NCBI GenBank assembly: GCA_001563335.1
Contig: LRSL01000086.1
Location: 15,087 to 79,086 of the forward strand
Source of the DNA: Candidatus Thorarchaeota archaeon SMTZ1-45
GTDB taxonomy: Archaea > Asgardarchaeota > Thorarchaeia > Thorarchaeales > Thorarchaeaceae
Direction of reading: 5' to 3'
DNA length: 64,000 bases
Numbering within the stretch: position 1 is the first letter of the stretch; the number at the start of each line of letters is the position of its first letter. Below the pieces are notes generated by a model. The model searched no databases and was not told the DNA's origin. It saw only the letters and a program-made list of their open reading frames with translations. Position numbers and translations under genes: made by a program. Of the stretch, positions 1 through 9,967 are shown piece after piece.

Positions 1-791
1 ATATTTTGAAGGTCTACGTAGGGAATGGAAACAGTTCTTCTCATTCTAGCAATTTTTCTTCGAAGTGTTCTGCCTGCACTGGGCTTGATGCCCAAGTTAG
101 AGAATCTATCTGCTAGTTCGGTCGCAGTCACATAATAATTCGATTCTATTGCAGCTGTTGTAAGCAGATCTTCTGTTGAGAATGTATCACCTTTACTTTG
201 CTCCACAGTCCCCACTGAAGGTAGAATATCCACGTAGTCTTTTGCCGCATCAATAGTTGCAAGGAGCCTGAAATCATGACTGAATGTCCAAGTATTTCCA
301 TTGAACAATGCCAAGTTCATATGATGAGAGGTGCTAAGTGCTTCATCAAGTTCAATGTTTAATTGGTAGGGTTTCTTTCTGAATCGTTCAACCTGCTTAT
401 GAAACCAAGAATACCTATCATCAACTGGAATTATCGCTTCAAAATATATCATATCTTCTAAAGTTGATGACATCATTGATTTCGTCAGTCTGGTTACAAA
501 AGCATTAGATTGTAACCATCGTGAGAATTTTGTTAGAACATCAGACATTCCTGAAGTCTGTGCCCATCCAAACAAAAGGCGAAGACCAATTTGACCATAG
601 TCAATATTGCCACGTATAGCCAATCCATGTTCATATTCAAGCTTTGTCCACAGTTGGTTTACAGCAGATCGTGTCACATCTAATTCACGTGCTAGAGTTG
701 ATTGTCGCATCGATGGTGCGATCGCTAGTCTATTCAATAATCGTAATTCGCTTCTGCCCAGAGGTTTTGATGTTGTCAACAGAATACCCAC
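1..791 (-). CDS. Partial Lrp/AsnC-like winged-helix regulator with a possible second HTH; runs off the window start
   Basis: Not in the ORF track. My translation from GTG at 791 is open to position 1: MGILLTTSKPLGRSELRLLNRLAIAPSMRQSTLARELDVTRSAVNQLWTKLE...NIDYGQIGL..., with a second HTH-like stretch TATELADRFSNLGIKPSAGRTLRRKIARM. Confidence 0.7.
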   Translation of the reverse strand, partial: MGILLTTSKPLGRSELRLLNRLAIAPSMRQSTLARELDVTRSAVNQLWTKLEYEHGLAIRGNIDYGQIGLRLLFGWAQTSGMSDVLTKFSRWLQSNAFVTRLTKSMMSSTLEDMIYFEAIIPVDDRYSWFHKQVERFRKKPYQLNIELDEALSTSHHMNLALFNGNTWTFSHDFRLLATIDAAKDYVDILPSVGTVEQSKGDTFSTEDLLTTAAIESNYYVTATELADRFSNLGIKPSAGRTLRRKIARMRRTVSIPYVDLQN

Positions 792-1070
792 GTAATATGG
801 CCAATTGTTTAGTTATGAATGTGGCGTTAGTCCGATTTGTAGTAAATCGGAATGAATTTGTTCGATTTTTGTCATGTATTTCTTAGGATATGCCCTAAAA
901 TAGCGCTAAGAGGCTTACTAGAAGTGGTTCTAGGTCCAGCACTCCCTTATTATACCAGTTTCCTAATCTCTTTCTTGGATTCACACTGCAGACTGAGCTC
1001 AGAAGTTAGGTAATACTGACTTGGTCAGTTGTATCTATCTTCCTAGTTAGTCTGAGGTAGGCGGCCAGCT

Positions 1071-1163
1071 ATGAACCAAAAAAACATCGGCCGCATCGGC
1101 CAAAGAGTAGCAAGTGAATCCGCCATATCAACTACCAGCGACGAAGGAGGTGAAAACGATTAG
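1071..1163 (+). CDS. Putative 30-aa micropeptide MNQKNIGRIGQRVASESAISTTSDEGGEND
   Basis: ATG with GAGGT upstream; first of a chain of short ORFs. Size alone gives weak support. Confidence 0.3.
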   Translation: MNQKNIGRIGQRVASESAISTTSDEGGEND

Positions 1164-1296
1164 CACTGACCGGATGAGAACTCTTTACGAGAGCATGACT
1201 AAGAATCGTGCAGCATTGGAGTTGCTATCAATCGGTGTTGTGCGCGGCATTTCTACTGTTGTGCAGCCGCCATGCGAAGATCCTAGCCCGTTCTAG
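1150..1296 (+). CDS. Small hypothetical protein (about 41-48 aa, start uncertain)
   Basis: Strong GGAGGTG site at 1146-1152 followed by an open frame ...ISTDRMRTLYESMTKNRAALELLSIGVVRGISTVVQPPCEDPSPF. Confidence 0.45.
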   Translation: MKTISTDRMRTLYESMTKNRAALELLSIGVVRGISTVVQPPCEDPSPF

Positions 1297-1333
1297 TCAG
1301 CATCAGGTATGATGACTAGTACATAGGTGATTG

Positions 1334-1408
1334 ATGGCAGACACGTCAGTTGAAATGAATCGTTGCTGGCACGGTTGGTATGGATTCTTGTCATTCTCTG
1401 CAGTGTGA
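1334..1408 (+). CDS. Putative 24-aa aromatic micropeptide MADTSVEMNRCWHGWYGFLSFSAV
   Basis: AGGTGA SD immediately upstream of the ATG. Confidence 0.35.
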   Translation: MADTSVEMNRCWHGWYGFLSFSAV

Positions 1409-1619
1409 GAGTCAAAAAAGAGAGAATCTACATCGAAGGAGAATTGGACCCCGGAACCTCCCCCCAAAAGAGAATGGTCCGGGAGAGAATCCAAGGCCGA
1501 CCTTTGAGATAGAAGAGAACTATGAAGTATTCGAGGAGAGAAAAAAGAAAATGAACCCACGAGCAGGCGACAATTGTATTGAACCCTGGTAAAATGAACA
1601 AAATTGCGGAAAAGCCGTA

Positions 1620-1889
1620 ATGGAGGAAAAAGAAGAAATGATACGAACACAAAAAATCGACCCAATATTCGGAGACATCTCCACGCCCGAGAACGGACGT
1701 GAGGTGGACCCATTCACTGATTCAGAAACAGTGAGACTCGTTGCAGTAAATCTTGAGTTGGCTGTTAGAAACTTGGTCAGTGCAAATGCTCCACCAGAGA
1801 GTCTTGTGGTTACAGCGGACATCGGCACACAGAAGATCATGGCTATCCCCACTGCGGATGGCGACATTAAGGTGCTAGTGTTCGAATAG
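1620..1889 (+). CDS. Small hypothetical protein (89 aa)
   Basis: Protein-like composition with an alpha/beta pattern; followed by a strong hairpin. Confidence 0.7.
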   Translation: MEEKEEMIRTQKIDPIFGDISTPENGREVDPFTDSETVRLVAVNLELAVRNLVSANAPPESLVVTADIGTQKIMAIPTADGDIKVLVFE

Positions 1890-1922
1890 TAGCCACGGTG
1901 AATGCAATGGACCCGGCGTATT

Positions 1923-1948
1923 TCCGGGGTCACTATAGTCACCCCGGA
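1923..1948. terminator. GC-rich near-perfect palindrome, terminator or processing hairpin
   Basis: TCCGGGGT-C-ACTATAGT-C-ACCCCGGA just downstream of 1620-1889. Confidence 0.5.
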
Positions 1949-2155
1949 GTAGTACAGTCAGAAAGGTATGTATGAAAAGTGAGGCGTCTATATAGCCTCA
2001 GTCAGTACTTCCACTTGTTCTTACGCCGTTCATATTGAATCCGAATATGGTTTCGGAGGGGTCCCAATTGGAACGGCAGTACACATTTCAACCAGTTTGG
2101 AGAAAAGAGAATAGCGAATCTCATCTAAAATTCTGATGAAAGGAGCGAACATGAC

Positions 2156-3646
2156 TTGGATGATGGACCCTCTAAGATTGAACATGATCTTCTCGCTTGG
2201 GAGGAATTGATAGAGTCTGAGAGGGAGAGAGAAGAGAAAGAAAGACTCGACAAAATCAAAGATGAAAAAGAAAAGCTCAATGAAATAAAAGCAAGACTCG
2301 ACAGAGTCAGAATACGACTTGATGAAATAAAAGAAGATAGTCCTAGTTTAACAGAATCTCTACGTACCATCTTTTCATGGCGCAATTACTCAGTGTATCT
2401 TACGACCTCGTGGATATTCACTGCATTCAGCTATATGGGGGCATTCTTCAACCTCTATCTGCTCGAGGAACTGGACTGGGGTATTGTGTTAATTGGAGGT
2501 GTATTGTCTGTCGTAAATGCAATTTCTGCAATCTCACGTCTAGTTGGGGGGTATGTTGGTGATGTGTCCAACAGAAAACATCTCTCTGTAGTTGCCATGT
2601 TCATGATGGCGGCATATAATCTAATAATGGGCATCTTTGTTGAGTTCACTTGGATCATTATTGCACTCTTGTTTTTCTCGACTATGGAGATTTTCAAAGG
2701 TGGGTCAACTGCATACATTATGGACAACATCCCCAAACAGCATGGGGGGTTAGGGATTTCGCTCTTCAGTGCTGGAAGAGTTTTTGGTATTATTACTCTC
2801 GGTCTTTTTGTTATACTCACTCCATTAATGGGATTTGGAGAAAGTATGCGTTTGATGTTCTTGATTGGAGGGCTGTTTCTAATTTTCGGGACAATAGCAA
2901 GAGCTGTTCTTCTTGAGGGAACGACTCCTGATGTAAAACGAGAGGGCATATCTCTATTCAGGGATTTTATTCAAGAGAATATGAGAGCTGTTAGAATACT
3001 CCTCAGAGTTGTACCTGGGATGATTGCCATTGTTGTTATAGATTCATTAAGTGATTCGCTGTTCAAATTTGGTGCTTACATCTATATCTATGAAAAAATA
3101 GGGATTGAGATACCTGGTTTGATCTTCATGACTATTCTCACTATAATAGTATCAGTACCAATGTTACTGGGAACTGGTAGAATGTCTGATAGACGGGGTG
3201 AGAAGAAGACTGCACTGATTGTTTACAGCTTTATGCCGATTAGCGCATTACTCCTTATCATAGCCCCCATCTTCCCCTTCTGGGTGCCTGAACCTCTATA
3301 CAATCAAGCAGAAACAATTCTTACTGGACTAGGAGCAGTTTTCTCAACACCATTTCTCGCAATAATTTTGAAATCGGTCAATGATGCAGTCTGGTATCTC
3401 TTGCTATTGACCATTATCCAGAAAAACCTACCAACACAAGATGCATCAAAGATACTCAGTGTGTTTTGGTTTCTTGTGTATCTATTTTCATCTATTGGGC
3501 CATCAGTTGGAGGGTTTGTATTCCATTATTTCAATCAGGTGGATCTCTTCAGCATTATACTCTTACTTAATATCATAATACTAGGATGGATTGCACGTCA
3601 AGGTCTCGTCAAGAGTCAGGAAAAAAACAGGGAATGTTCAAAATGA
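2156..3646 (+). CDS. MFS transporter with N-terminal charged coiled-coil extension
   Basis: Many TM helices; motif A-like GGYVGDVSNRK and GRMSDRRGEK; N-terminal E/K/R-rich heptads. Confidence 0.85.
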   Translation: MDDGPSKIEHDLLAWEELIESEREREEKERLDKIKDEKEKLNEIKARLDRVRIRLDEIKEDSPSLTESLRTIFSWRNYSVYLTTSWIFTAFSYMGAFFNLYLLEELDWGIVLIGGVLSVVNAISAISRLVGGYVGDVSNRKHLSVVAMFMMAAYNLIMGIFVEFTWIIIALLFFSTMEIFKGGSTAYIMDNIPKQHGGLGISLFSAGRVFGIITLGLFVILTPLMGFGESMRLMFLIGGLFLIFGTIARAVLLEGTTPDVKREGISLFRDFIQENMRAVRILLRVVPGMIAIVVIDSLSDSLFKFGAYIYIYEKIGIEIPGLIFMTILTIIVSVPMLLGTGRMSDRRGEKKTALIVYSFMPISALLLIIAPIFPFWVPEPLYNQAETILTGLGAVFSTPFLAIILKSVNDAVWYLLLLTIIQKNLPTQDASKILSVFWFLVYLFSSIGPSVGGFVFHYFNQVDLFSIILLLNIIILGWIARQGLVKSQEKNRECSK

Positions 3647-3689
3647 GTAAACAATGGTTTGCATCAGATATAGGCAAAGAGTGAGAAAG

Positions 3690-4334
3690 ATGGATTTGAG
3701 TAAAAAAGCAATGCAAATAGTAAGTATCTTGGATAAAACATATCCTGATGCTCCAGCAACATATCTGAACTATAAGAGTCCCTTTGAGATGCTAATTGTA
3801 ACAATTCTATCAGCACGAGCCACAGATGCAGGTGTGAACAAGATCTCTCCAACACTTTTCAAGAAATATCCCACTCCAGAGAAACTGGCAAAAGTGAATC
3901 TTGATGAAATTGGCCAAATCATACGCCCACTTGGAGCCTATAACAAAAAGGCAGGATACATCACTGGAACATCTCGCCTGCTGGTCGAGAAGTTTGATGG
4001 CAAGGTCCCTAACACATTGAAGGAACTTATCTCATTCCCAGGTGTGAGTAGAAAGACTGCAAACGTTGTGTTGTCAGTTGTCTTTGGAATCAGCGAGGGA
4101 ATTGTATTGGATACACATGTCATGCGTGTGACTCTTCGACTCGGTCTAAGTGAGCATGAGAATAAACCAGAAAAAATCGAGAAGGATATGATGGAATTGC
4201 TTCCAAACAAGTTCTGGAGCGATTATGCTCGATTAATTGGTGCTCATGGTAGACAAACTTGCAAGTCAAGACGACCAAATTGCACTTCGTGTACACTCAA
4301 TAAGCTTTGTCCATCTGCAGAGCTTGGTAAGTGA
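3690..4334 (+). CDS. nth: Endonuclease III
   Basis: HhH motif FPGVSRKTANVV, VLDTHV and C-terminal 4Fe-4S motif CKSRRPNCTSCTLNKLC. The ORF track start is 3654. Confidence 0.93.
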   Translation: MDLSKKAMQIVSILDKTYPDAPATYLNYKSPFEMLIVTILSARATDAGVNKISPTLFKKYPTPEKLAKVNLDEIGQIIRPLGAYNKKAGYITGTSRLLVEKFDGKVPNTLKELISFPGVSRKTANVVLSVVFGISEGIVLDTHVMRVTLRLGLSEHENKPEKIEKDMMELLPNKFWSDYARLIGAHGRQTCKSRRPNCTSCTLNKLCPSAELGK

Positions 4335-4420
4335 TGGGTTGAAGGCGATATCTAGGAAACGACTTATCTAGGTTCCGAATTCACTCAAGTATACATAACT
4401 TTGACAGGTGAAGTCATTCA

Positions 4421-5716
4421 ATGTTAGACATCCGATTCATTCGAGAGAATATCGACCTGATTCGAGATAACCTAAAGCGTCGGCAGGATGATAGGAAACT
4501 GAAGGAGTTTGACCTCCTTCTCAAACTCGATGAGAAAATACGGTGGCTGAAGAGGGACATACAAGACCTCAGAACCCAACGAAACAAAATTTCAAGAGAG
4601 ATTGGTGAACTGAAGAAATCGGGCGAGGATGACTCAAAGCTTGTTAAAAAAGTAAACAATGTAAATAAGAAAATCAGATCCATTGAAGCTGAAACAAATG
4701 AGCTCGAACAGCAGCTCAAACGAATTCAGATGAGTATCCCAAACATCCTTCATGAGAGTGTCCCCTATGGTGTTGATGAGGAGGACAATGAAGTTTTAAG
4801 AGAGTGGGGTGGTAGACCCGAGTTCGATTTTGAGTATCACAGTCATGTTGACTTATTGGAAACATTGGATGTGGGAGACATTCCTAGGGCTGCAAGACTT
4901 TCAGGATCAAGGTTCTACTATCTCAAGAATGAACTGGTCTTGCTTGATATCGCAATGCAGCAAATGGCACTTGAAATGCTTGTTGAGAGAGGATTTAGTC
5001 CAATCTATCCTCCTTTCATGATGAAACGTGAACCATATGAGGGTGTAGTAGACCTAGCAGATTTTGAGGATGTTATGTATAAGATAGATGGAGAGGATCT
5101 CTATCTCATTGCTACATCTGAACACCCGATGGCGGGAATGTACATGGGGGAGATATTTGAACCAACAGACCTTCCTCTCAAACTTGCTGGAGTGAGTGCA
5201 TGTTTCAGAAAAGAGGCTGGTTCACACGGCAAAGATACCAAGGGCATCTTCAGAGTACATCAGTTTAACAAAGTCGAGCAATTTGTTTTTAGCCTGCCTG
5301 AGGATTCATGGAATATCCATGAGGAACTCATCAAGAACGAAGAGGATTATGTACAGGCACTGAATCTACCATATCGTGTGGTGAATATCTGCACAGGGGA
5401 TATGGGTATAGTAGCTGCAAAGAGGATAGATTTAGAATTCTGGTTTCCAGGACAACAGATGTACAGAGAGGGGGGCTCATGTAGTAACTGTACAGCCTAC
5501 CAAGCAACCAGACTCAACATCAAATACCGTCTGAAAAAGGGAGGTACTGAGAAAGCGTACCTTCACACATTGAACAGCACCATGATGGCGAATCCACGAA
5601 CAATGGTGGCAATCATTGAAAATTATCAAAAAGAGGATGGAAGTGTAGAAATACCAAAAGCACTACAAAAGTATCTTCCATCAGGAATCAAAGAGATAGT
5701 ACCTCAGAAGAAATGA
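4421..5716 (+). CDS. serS: Seryl-tRNA synthetase
   Basis: MLDIRFIREN N-terminal coiled coil, LIATSEHP, CFRKEAGSHGKDTKGIFRVHQFNKVEQ, HTLNST. Confidence 0.97.
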   Translation: MLDIRFIRENIDLIRDNLKRRQDDRKLKEFDLLLKLDEKIRWLKRDIQDLRTQRNKISREIGELKKSGEDDSKLVKKVNNVNKKIRSIEAETNELEQQLKRIQMSIPNILHESVPYGVDEEDNEVLREWGGRPEFDFEYHSHVDLLETLDVGDIPRAARLSGSRFYYLKNELVLLDIAMQQMALEMLVERGFSPIYPPFMMKREPYEGVVDLADFEDVMYKIDGEDLYLIATSEHPMAGMYMGEIFEPTDLPLKLAGVSACFRKEAGSHGKDTKGIFRVHQFNKVEQFVFSLPEDSWNIHEELIKNEEDYVQALNLPYRVVNICTGDMGIVAAKRIDLEFWFPGQQMYREGGSCSNCTAYQATRLNIKYRLKKGGTEKAYLHTLNSTMMANPRTMVAIIENYQKEDGSVEIPKALQKYLPSGIKEIVPQKK

Positions 5717-5776
5717 AGTCACGATGCCCATCAAGCTTAATACGGGCTTTCTTGATGCCAAACTTGGGGAACATCA

Positions 5777-6247
5777 TTGACTACTGTACAGCAAACGTTT
5801 GAACAACTGGTCTCCCTTGCAATAAAGAGGGAGGAGGAAGCACACGACTTCTACATGAAGGCGTCAGAAGATTCGGAGCTGAAAGCATCAGCAAAATTGC
5901 TCAAGGATCTCGCAGGCCAGGAGGTTATTCACAAGAAAAAGTTGCAAGAGGCACTCAAGGATGGGGTCTGTGAAACTTTTACTTGCAGTTCTGTTGCAGA
6001 AGTGGAGAAGCTAGATTTGGATCGATACCTTGTTGACATTCCACTTCTACCTTCATCATCACCACAGGATGTTCTGATTGTAGCAATCAAGAGGGAGGCT
6101 GCTGCAAACAGCTTCTACAAGGCACTTTCTGAACTAACAGGTAATTCTGCACACAGATCAGTCTTTGAAACTTTGGCAAAAGAAGAAGATACTCATAAGA
6201 CCAGACTACAGAACATGTATGATGATATATTCCAACCAGACATGTGA
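5777..6247 (+). CDS. Rubrerythrin/ferritin-like protein
   Basis: Duplicated AIKRE...FY...LA.xExxH pattern. Confidence 0.85.
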   Translation: MTTVQQTFEQLVSLAIKREEEAHDFYMKASEDSELKASAKLLKDLAGQEVIHKKKLQEALKDGVCETFTCSSVAEVEKLDLDRYLVDIPLLPSSSPQDVLIVAIKREAAANSFYKALSELTGNSAHRSVFETLAKEEDTHKTRLQNMYDDIFQPDM

Positions 6248-6248
6248 G

Positions 6249-6267
6249 AGGGCTTTTCTAAAGCCCT
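6249..6267. terminator. Hairpin between convergent genes
   Basis: AGGGCTTT-TCT-AAAGCCCT. Confidence 0.5.
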
Positions 6268-6282
6268 GTCACATTCTATTTA

Positions 6283-7566
6283 TTATTTCATCATGTGCAA
6301 TTTTTGTGCAGCTATGAATGTCAGACCACGTTTGGTCAGTTCTTCTGCAGTGCGGTTTAATGCGTGATGTTTGTCAAGATAGTTCTGAGTTAGTAGAGGC
6401 ATATGACCTTGTTCTTCTATCTCACTCTTTTGTCGGAAGTAGTCGAGGATGTCACTGGGATATTCACGGTTTGCATCTATCTCAGGAACACCACCTTCGT
6501 GCTTTGCACTGATGTTCTTCACATGGTCTGCAATATCAAGAAGCTCAGGTAGTCGGTCATATGGTTGTCGAACGATGTTCTTGTAAGTTTCAGTGATGTG
6601 GTGTTCCAATCTAACAACATTCTCGAATCCAAAGTCTTCACGGATGTAGGCTGCAAGTTCAAGGGTTTTGTTGTCAACACTGTTTGAAAGATTGAATCCT
6701 ATCAGAGGACTTGTACCATCTTCCCTACTGAACAGCTTTGCAGTCATAAGTGTCCATAGACATGCATATGGGTTATCATTACCTACAAAGACGGATATCT
6801 TGAATTCCATATCTATACCAAGCTTGTGCATCATATAGCCTACTAGAATGCTTCCAAGATTGACGTTGAGCACCTGTTTCACACCATACTTTGTGTAGTA
6901 GTTTAGATATTCATCAGCCCACTTCAATGGAAACTTATTTGGCATCCCAACGCCGCCAAAGTAGCCTGTAATCGTATCGGGACCTCCAAGATGAACGTTT
7001 ACAGGAGCACCATCTGGACCTGGGTAGGTGCCTTTGGTGTCTAATGTTTCAACATACGATGCACCCACAATTTGCATACCTGCTGCAAATGCAATGACTT
7101 GGTTATCGGCTGTCTGTTCAGCCATATTCCGAACTCGAATAAATCTACCAGGCATGAGTTCTTGTTTTTCAATCGATTGCTTGGCTTCTTCAATGAGCCA
7201 AGGGAAATACTGGCAAGCACTAATCTCTAAAGTGACCGCAAATCTATCGTCAAATTTCATATTATTGGCTTTGTTCCCAAGTATTTTGCGTCGGTATTCG
7301 GGTATAGAGATGAAAGCACCATCATCGCGTTGTTCCTGTAGCCAAGTGAGATCTTTCACATAGGTGGAATCTTTTGTTTCGAGTTGTGCCAAGAGATTCT
7401 CAAGTTTTCTCGCCTCCTCTGCTCTCTTGTTTATCTCATGCACACCGCCATATTTCTCAATCACATCAATTAGTCCAGTGACAAGAGGATTGTCTTCCTG
7501 CATTAGAAAATCGTTGATCTCATTGAGTCGTTTTGGATCAATCATCAAAGCTGTTCTATCAATCAT
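6283..7566 (-). CDS. Hypothetical protein (427 aa), probable enzyme of unknown function
   Basis: Long ORF with conserved-looking motifs (NVHLGGPDTITGYFGG, RLEHHITET, SAKHEGG); family not recognised. Confidence 0.75.
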   Translation of the reverse strand: MIDRTALMIDPKRLNEINDFLMQEDNPLVTGLIDVIEKYGGVHEINKRAEEARKLENLLAQLETKDSTYVKDLTWLQEQRDDGAFISIPEYRRKILGNKANNMKFDDRFAVTLEISACQYFPWLIEEAKQSIEKQELMPGRFIRVRNMAEQTADNQVIAFAAGMQIVGASYVETLDTKGTYPGPDGAPVNVHLGGPDTITGYFGGVGMPNKFPLKWADEYLNYYTKYGVKQVLNVNLGSILVGYMMHKLGIDMEFKISVFVGNDNPYACLWTLMTAKLFSREDGTSPLIGFNLSNSVDNKTLELAAYIREDFGFENVVRLEHHITETYKNIVRQPYDRLPELLDIADHVKNISAKHEGGVPEIDANREYPSDILDYFRQKSEIEEQGHMPLLTQNYLDKHHALNRTAEELTKRGLTFIAAQKLHMMK

Positions 7567-7700
7567 GGCTTACCCATCCAGTAATGATTATTGATTAGTT
7601 GAACTTTATTCAAGTTAGGTCCCTATCAGTAGCTCACCCCTAAAAAGGGATTCTGCATTTTTTGGACGCAATCTTCTCCAGGTATCTAATCAAATATCGT

Positions 7701-8663
7701 CTATTGATAACATCTAATTGGTGCAAGAAGCTTCGGATAGTGGTAATGTAATAATCTACGCATCTCAAAGCAGAGATGGCATTCATTAACGAATGTTGAA
7801 TTTGGTTCTAGCCCATGTTGTAGAGCTAATTGATAGAGACCTATCGGACCAGTTTCCGCCAATATACGAATGATTGGATGATTGCTGTATGAATAGCTGT
7901 TGAGGGAGTCTGAGAGTGAGTTTCTCTTCGCGTTCCCAATGCATATTCCTGGGCACAGGGTGATATTTCCTTCAAAGTCTATCTCAATCACTTCAGGACT
8001 TCGCAAGTCGCCTCCTAGCCAGAAGGGTAGGATGCATTTCCCATGGGGAATTTCGGGAGACATTTCAGCATAACCGATCAGTGATTTAGCCCCTCTTCCC
8101 TCAAAGTCGACTGGATATAATGACTGCTCTATGCCTTCTATGTCTTGCACCTCTCTAAGAGATGCCTTTGTCAACTGATCATAGGGGTTTTTGGACTCAA
8201 GTGACTTCATGTAGTAACTATCCACCCATACCTTCTCAAGACCAAGAAAGACTGCCGCTTCGATGCCAAGCTTAACATTTCTGATATCGATATATTGCTG
8301 ATGAAACCCGTCAACGCTAAAGGTAAGCGTGTTCAGGCCTGCGTCTATAAGCTCCTTGAGCGTCTTTCTGGCCACATGAGATGTCCTTGCCCAGAACCCA
8401 TTTGTTATGGATCCTCTTCGTGGAACACCTAAATCTTTCGCGATTGTTAGCATTGCCTTCATATCATCTAGGTAGAGAAATGGTTCACCACCATGAAGTG
8501 TCAGCCATTCAAATTGTTTATTTTCTGCTAGGTCAGAGAGCCACTGCTCAGCGTCATCAAGACTGATATGACCTACTTGCTCTGGACCTGCGTTGTACGC
8601 ACAGTGATCACATTTAGATGGGCATCGGAATGTGATCAAAAGACTAGCTCCACGTACCTGCAT
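7701..8663 (-). CDS. Radical SAM protein
   Basis: CPSKCDHC (CxxxCxxC), LHGGEPFL, ITNGFW; C-terminal Cys cluster (CPG...ECHLC). Confidence 0.88.
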   Translation of the reverse strand: MQVRGASLLITFRCPSKCDHCAYNAGPEQVGHISLDDAEQWLSDLAENKQFEWLTLHGGEPFLYLDDMKAMLTIAKDLGVPRRGSITNGFWARTSHVARKTLKELIDAGLNTLTFSVDGFHQQYIDIRNVKLGIEAAVFLGLEKVWVDSYYMKSLESKNPYDQLTKASLREVQDIEGIEQSLYPVDFEGRGAKSLIGYAEMSPEIPHGKCILPFWLGGDLRSPEVIEIDFEGNITLCPGICIGNAKRNSLSDSLNSYSYSNHPIIRILAETGPIGLYQLALQHGLEPNSTFVNECHLCFEMRRLLHYHYPKLLAPIRCYQ

Positions 8664-8711
8664 CTTCTACCTCCACCCCAACTCCTAATTCTTATAATCG
8701 CTCGATAAAAG

Positions 8712-9332
8712 TTAAGTCAAATCCTTAGGTGTTTGGACATCCTCCTCAATCCACGAATCTGAAGATTCTGTTTCATAGATGTAATCACGAAGAAAGCCCC
8801 TAATGGCAGGACCTACTGTGGCGGTGATGATTGAACCCGCGGTCACCTGTATCCAGTTCAATGTAATTAGTTCTGCAAATGCTACTCCTAGTGCCACCAA
8901 AAAAGAATAGTCCAAAAGAACAAACAAGAATATCTCACCAATAAAGTAGCCAAGCATCATCACTAGCGAAGCAACGACCAAACCGACTATGTCCAATTTT
9001 GTTAGGCGACTAGTCATCCCAACTTGGCGGCTCGCTAATCCTACAATCATTCCTTCACACCCTTTTACAACAAACGTAATCGGTGCAAATTGGATATAAC
9101 CTAAAGTCACATCAGCCACTGCTGAACCAACGCCTCCCGCAAAAAAACCACCGAGAGGCCCAAGTAGAAGTCCACTCAGCATTACAAGTGCATCGCCAAA
9201 ATTCAAGAAACCAGTGCTCGTTGGGAACGGAACAACTATTATCATGGTGGCAGCAGTAGTTAAAGCAGTCAGAATAACCAGAAGCGCCACGAACAGTGTT
9301 CTATTTTGTGTTTTGGGTTTGAAGAGCTCCAA
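8712..9332 (-). CDS. ECF transporter S component
   Basis: VPFPTSTGFLNFGDALV...GGVGSAVAD...APITFVVKG motif; hydrophobic. Confidence 0.88.
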   Translation of the reverse strand: MELFKPKTQNRTLFVALLVILTALTTAATMIIVVPFPTSTGFLNFGDALVMLSGLLLGPLGGFFAGGVGSAVADVTLGYIQFAPITFVVKGCEGMIVGLASRQVGMTSRLTKLDIVGLVVASLVMMLGYFIGEIFLFVLLDYSFLVALGVAFAELITLNWIQVTAGSIITATVGPAIRGFLRDYIYETESSDSWIEEDVQTPKDLT

Positions 9333-9871
9333 TTATCATCATCCTCTCGAAATAAGTACTTGCTGAAGATAATCAAATCCTCGCCATAGTAATGACTTCG
9401 CAGGAACCCCTCTTTTCTGTAGCCAAGACTTTGATACAGCTGAATTGCCTCAGTCATTACCCATGCAGTTACTAAGAAAAGTTTGTGATTCCCATTCTTG
9501 ATTGCTATAGACTCTAAGGTTTCAAGTAGCTCAGTGCCGATGCCACGACATTGATACATAGGATGAACTCCAAAAGAACTTACCCGCATACTCTCATGTT
9601 CTTCGAAGCCTGTCACAGTTCCAACGACATCATTGCCAATTTCTGCAATGAGAACTTGAGATGCTGATAGAATGCGATCACGAATTATCCATGGTTTGGA
9701 AATAGTTCTATCAACAGCTTTCTTTGGATATCCCCTCGATATGAGAGGATAGAATGCAGCCTGCATTACTCGATAGATCGCAAGAGCATCCTCTAATGTG
9801 GCTTTCCTGATTTTGAATGCGGGCTCTGATTTGATTTGAACTGTGTCACCAAGATCAATGAAAGACACCAT
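9269..9871 (-). CDS. GNAT acetyltransferase
   Basis: VHPMYQCRGIGTELL acetyl-CoA motif and AIQLYQSLGY; overlaps the ECF gene start. Confidence 0.85.
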   Translation of the reverse strand: MVSFIDLGDTVQIKSEPAFKIRKATLEDALAIYRVMQAAFYPLISRGYPKKAVDRTISKPWIIRDRILSASQVLIAEIGNDVVGTVTGFEEHESMRVSSFGVHPMYQCRGIGTELLETLESIAIKNGNHKLFLVTAWVMTEAIQLYQSLGYRKEGFLRSHYYGEDLIIFSKYLFREDDDNWSSSNPKHKIEHCSWRFWLF

Positions 9872-9967
9872 AGTTGCTATTCTCCAAGTGAGGTTTGCTT
9901 ACTTCAACAAGTATGGTTTTTGAAAAATTATATATAATTTTGAGCCTATATATAGGCCAGATATGTA

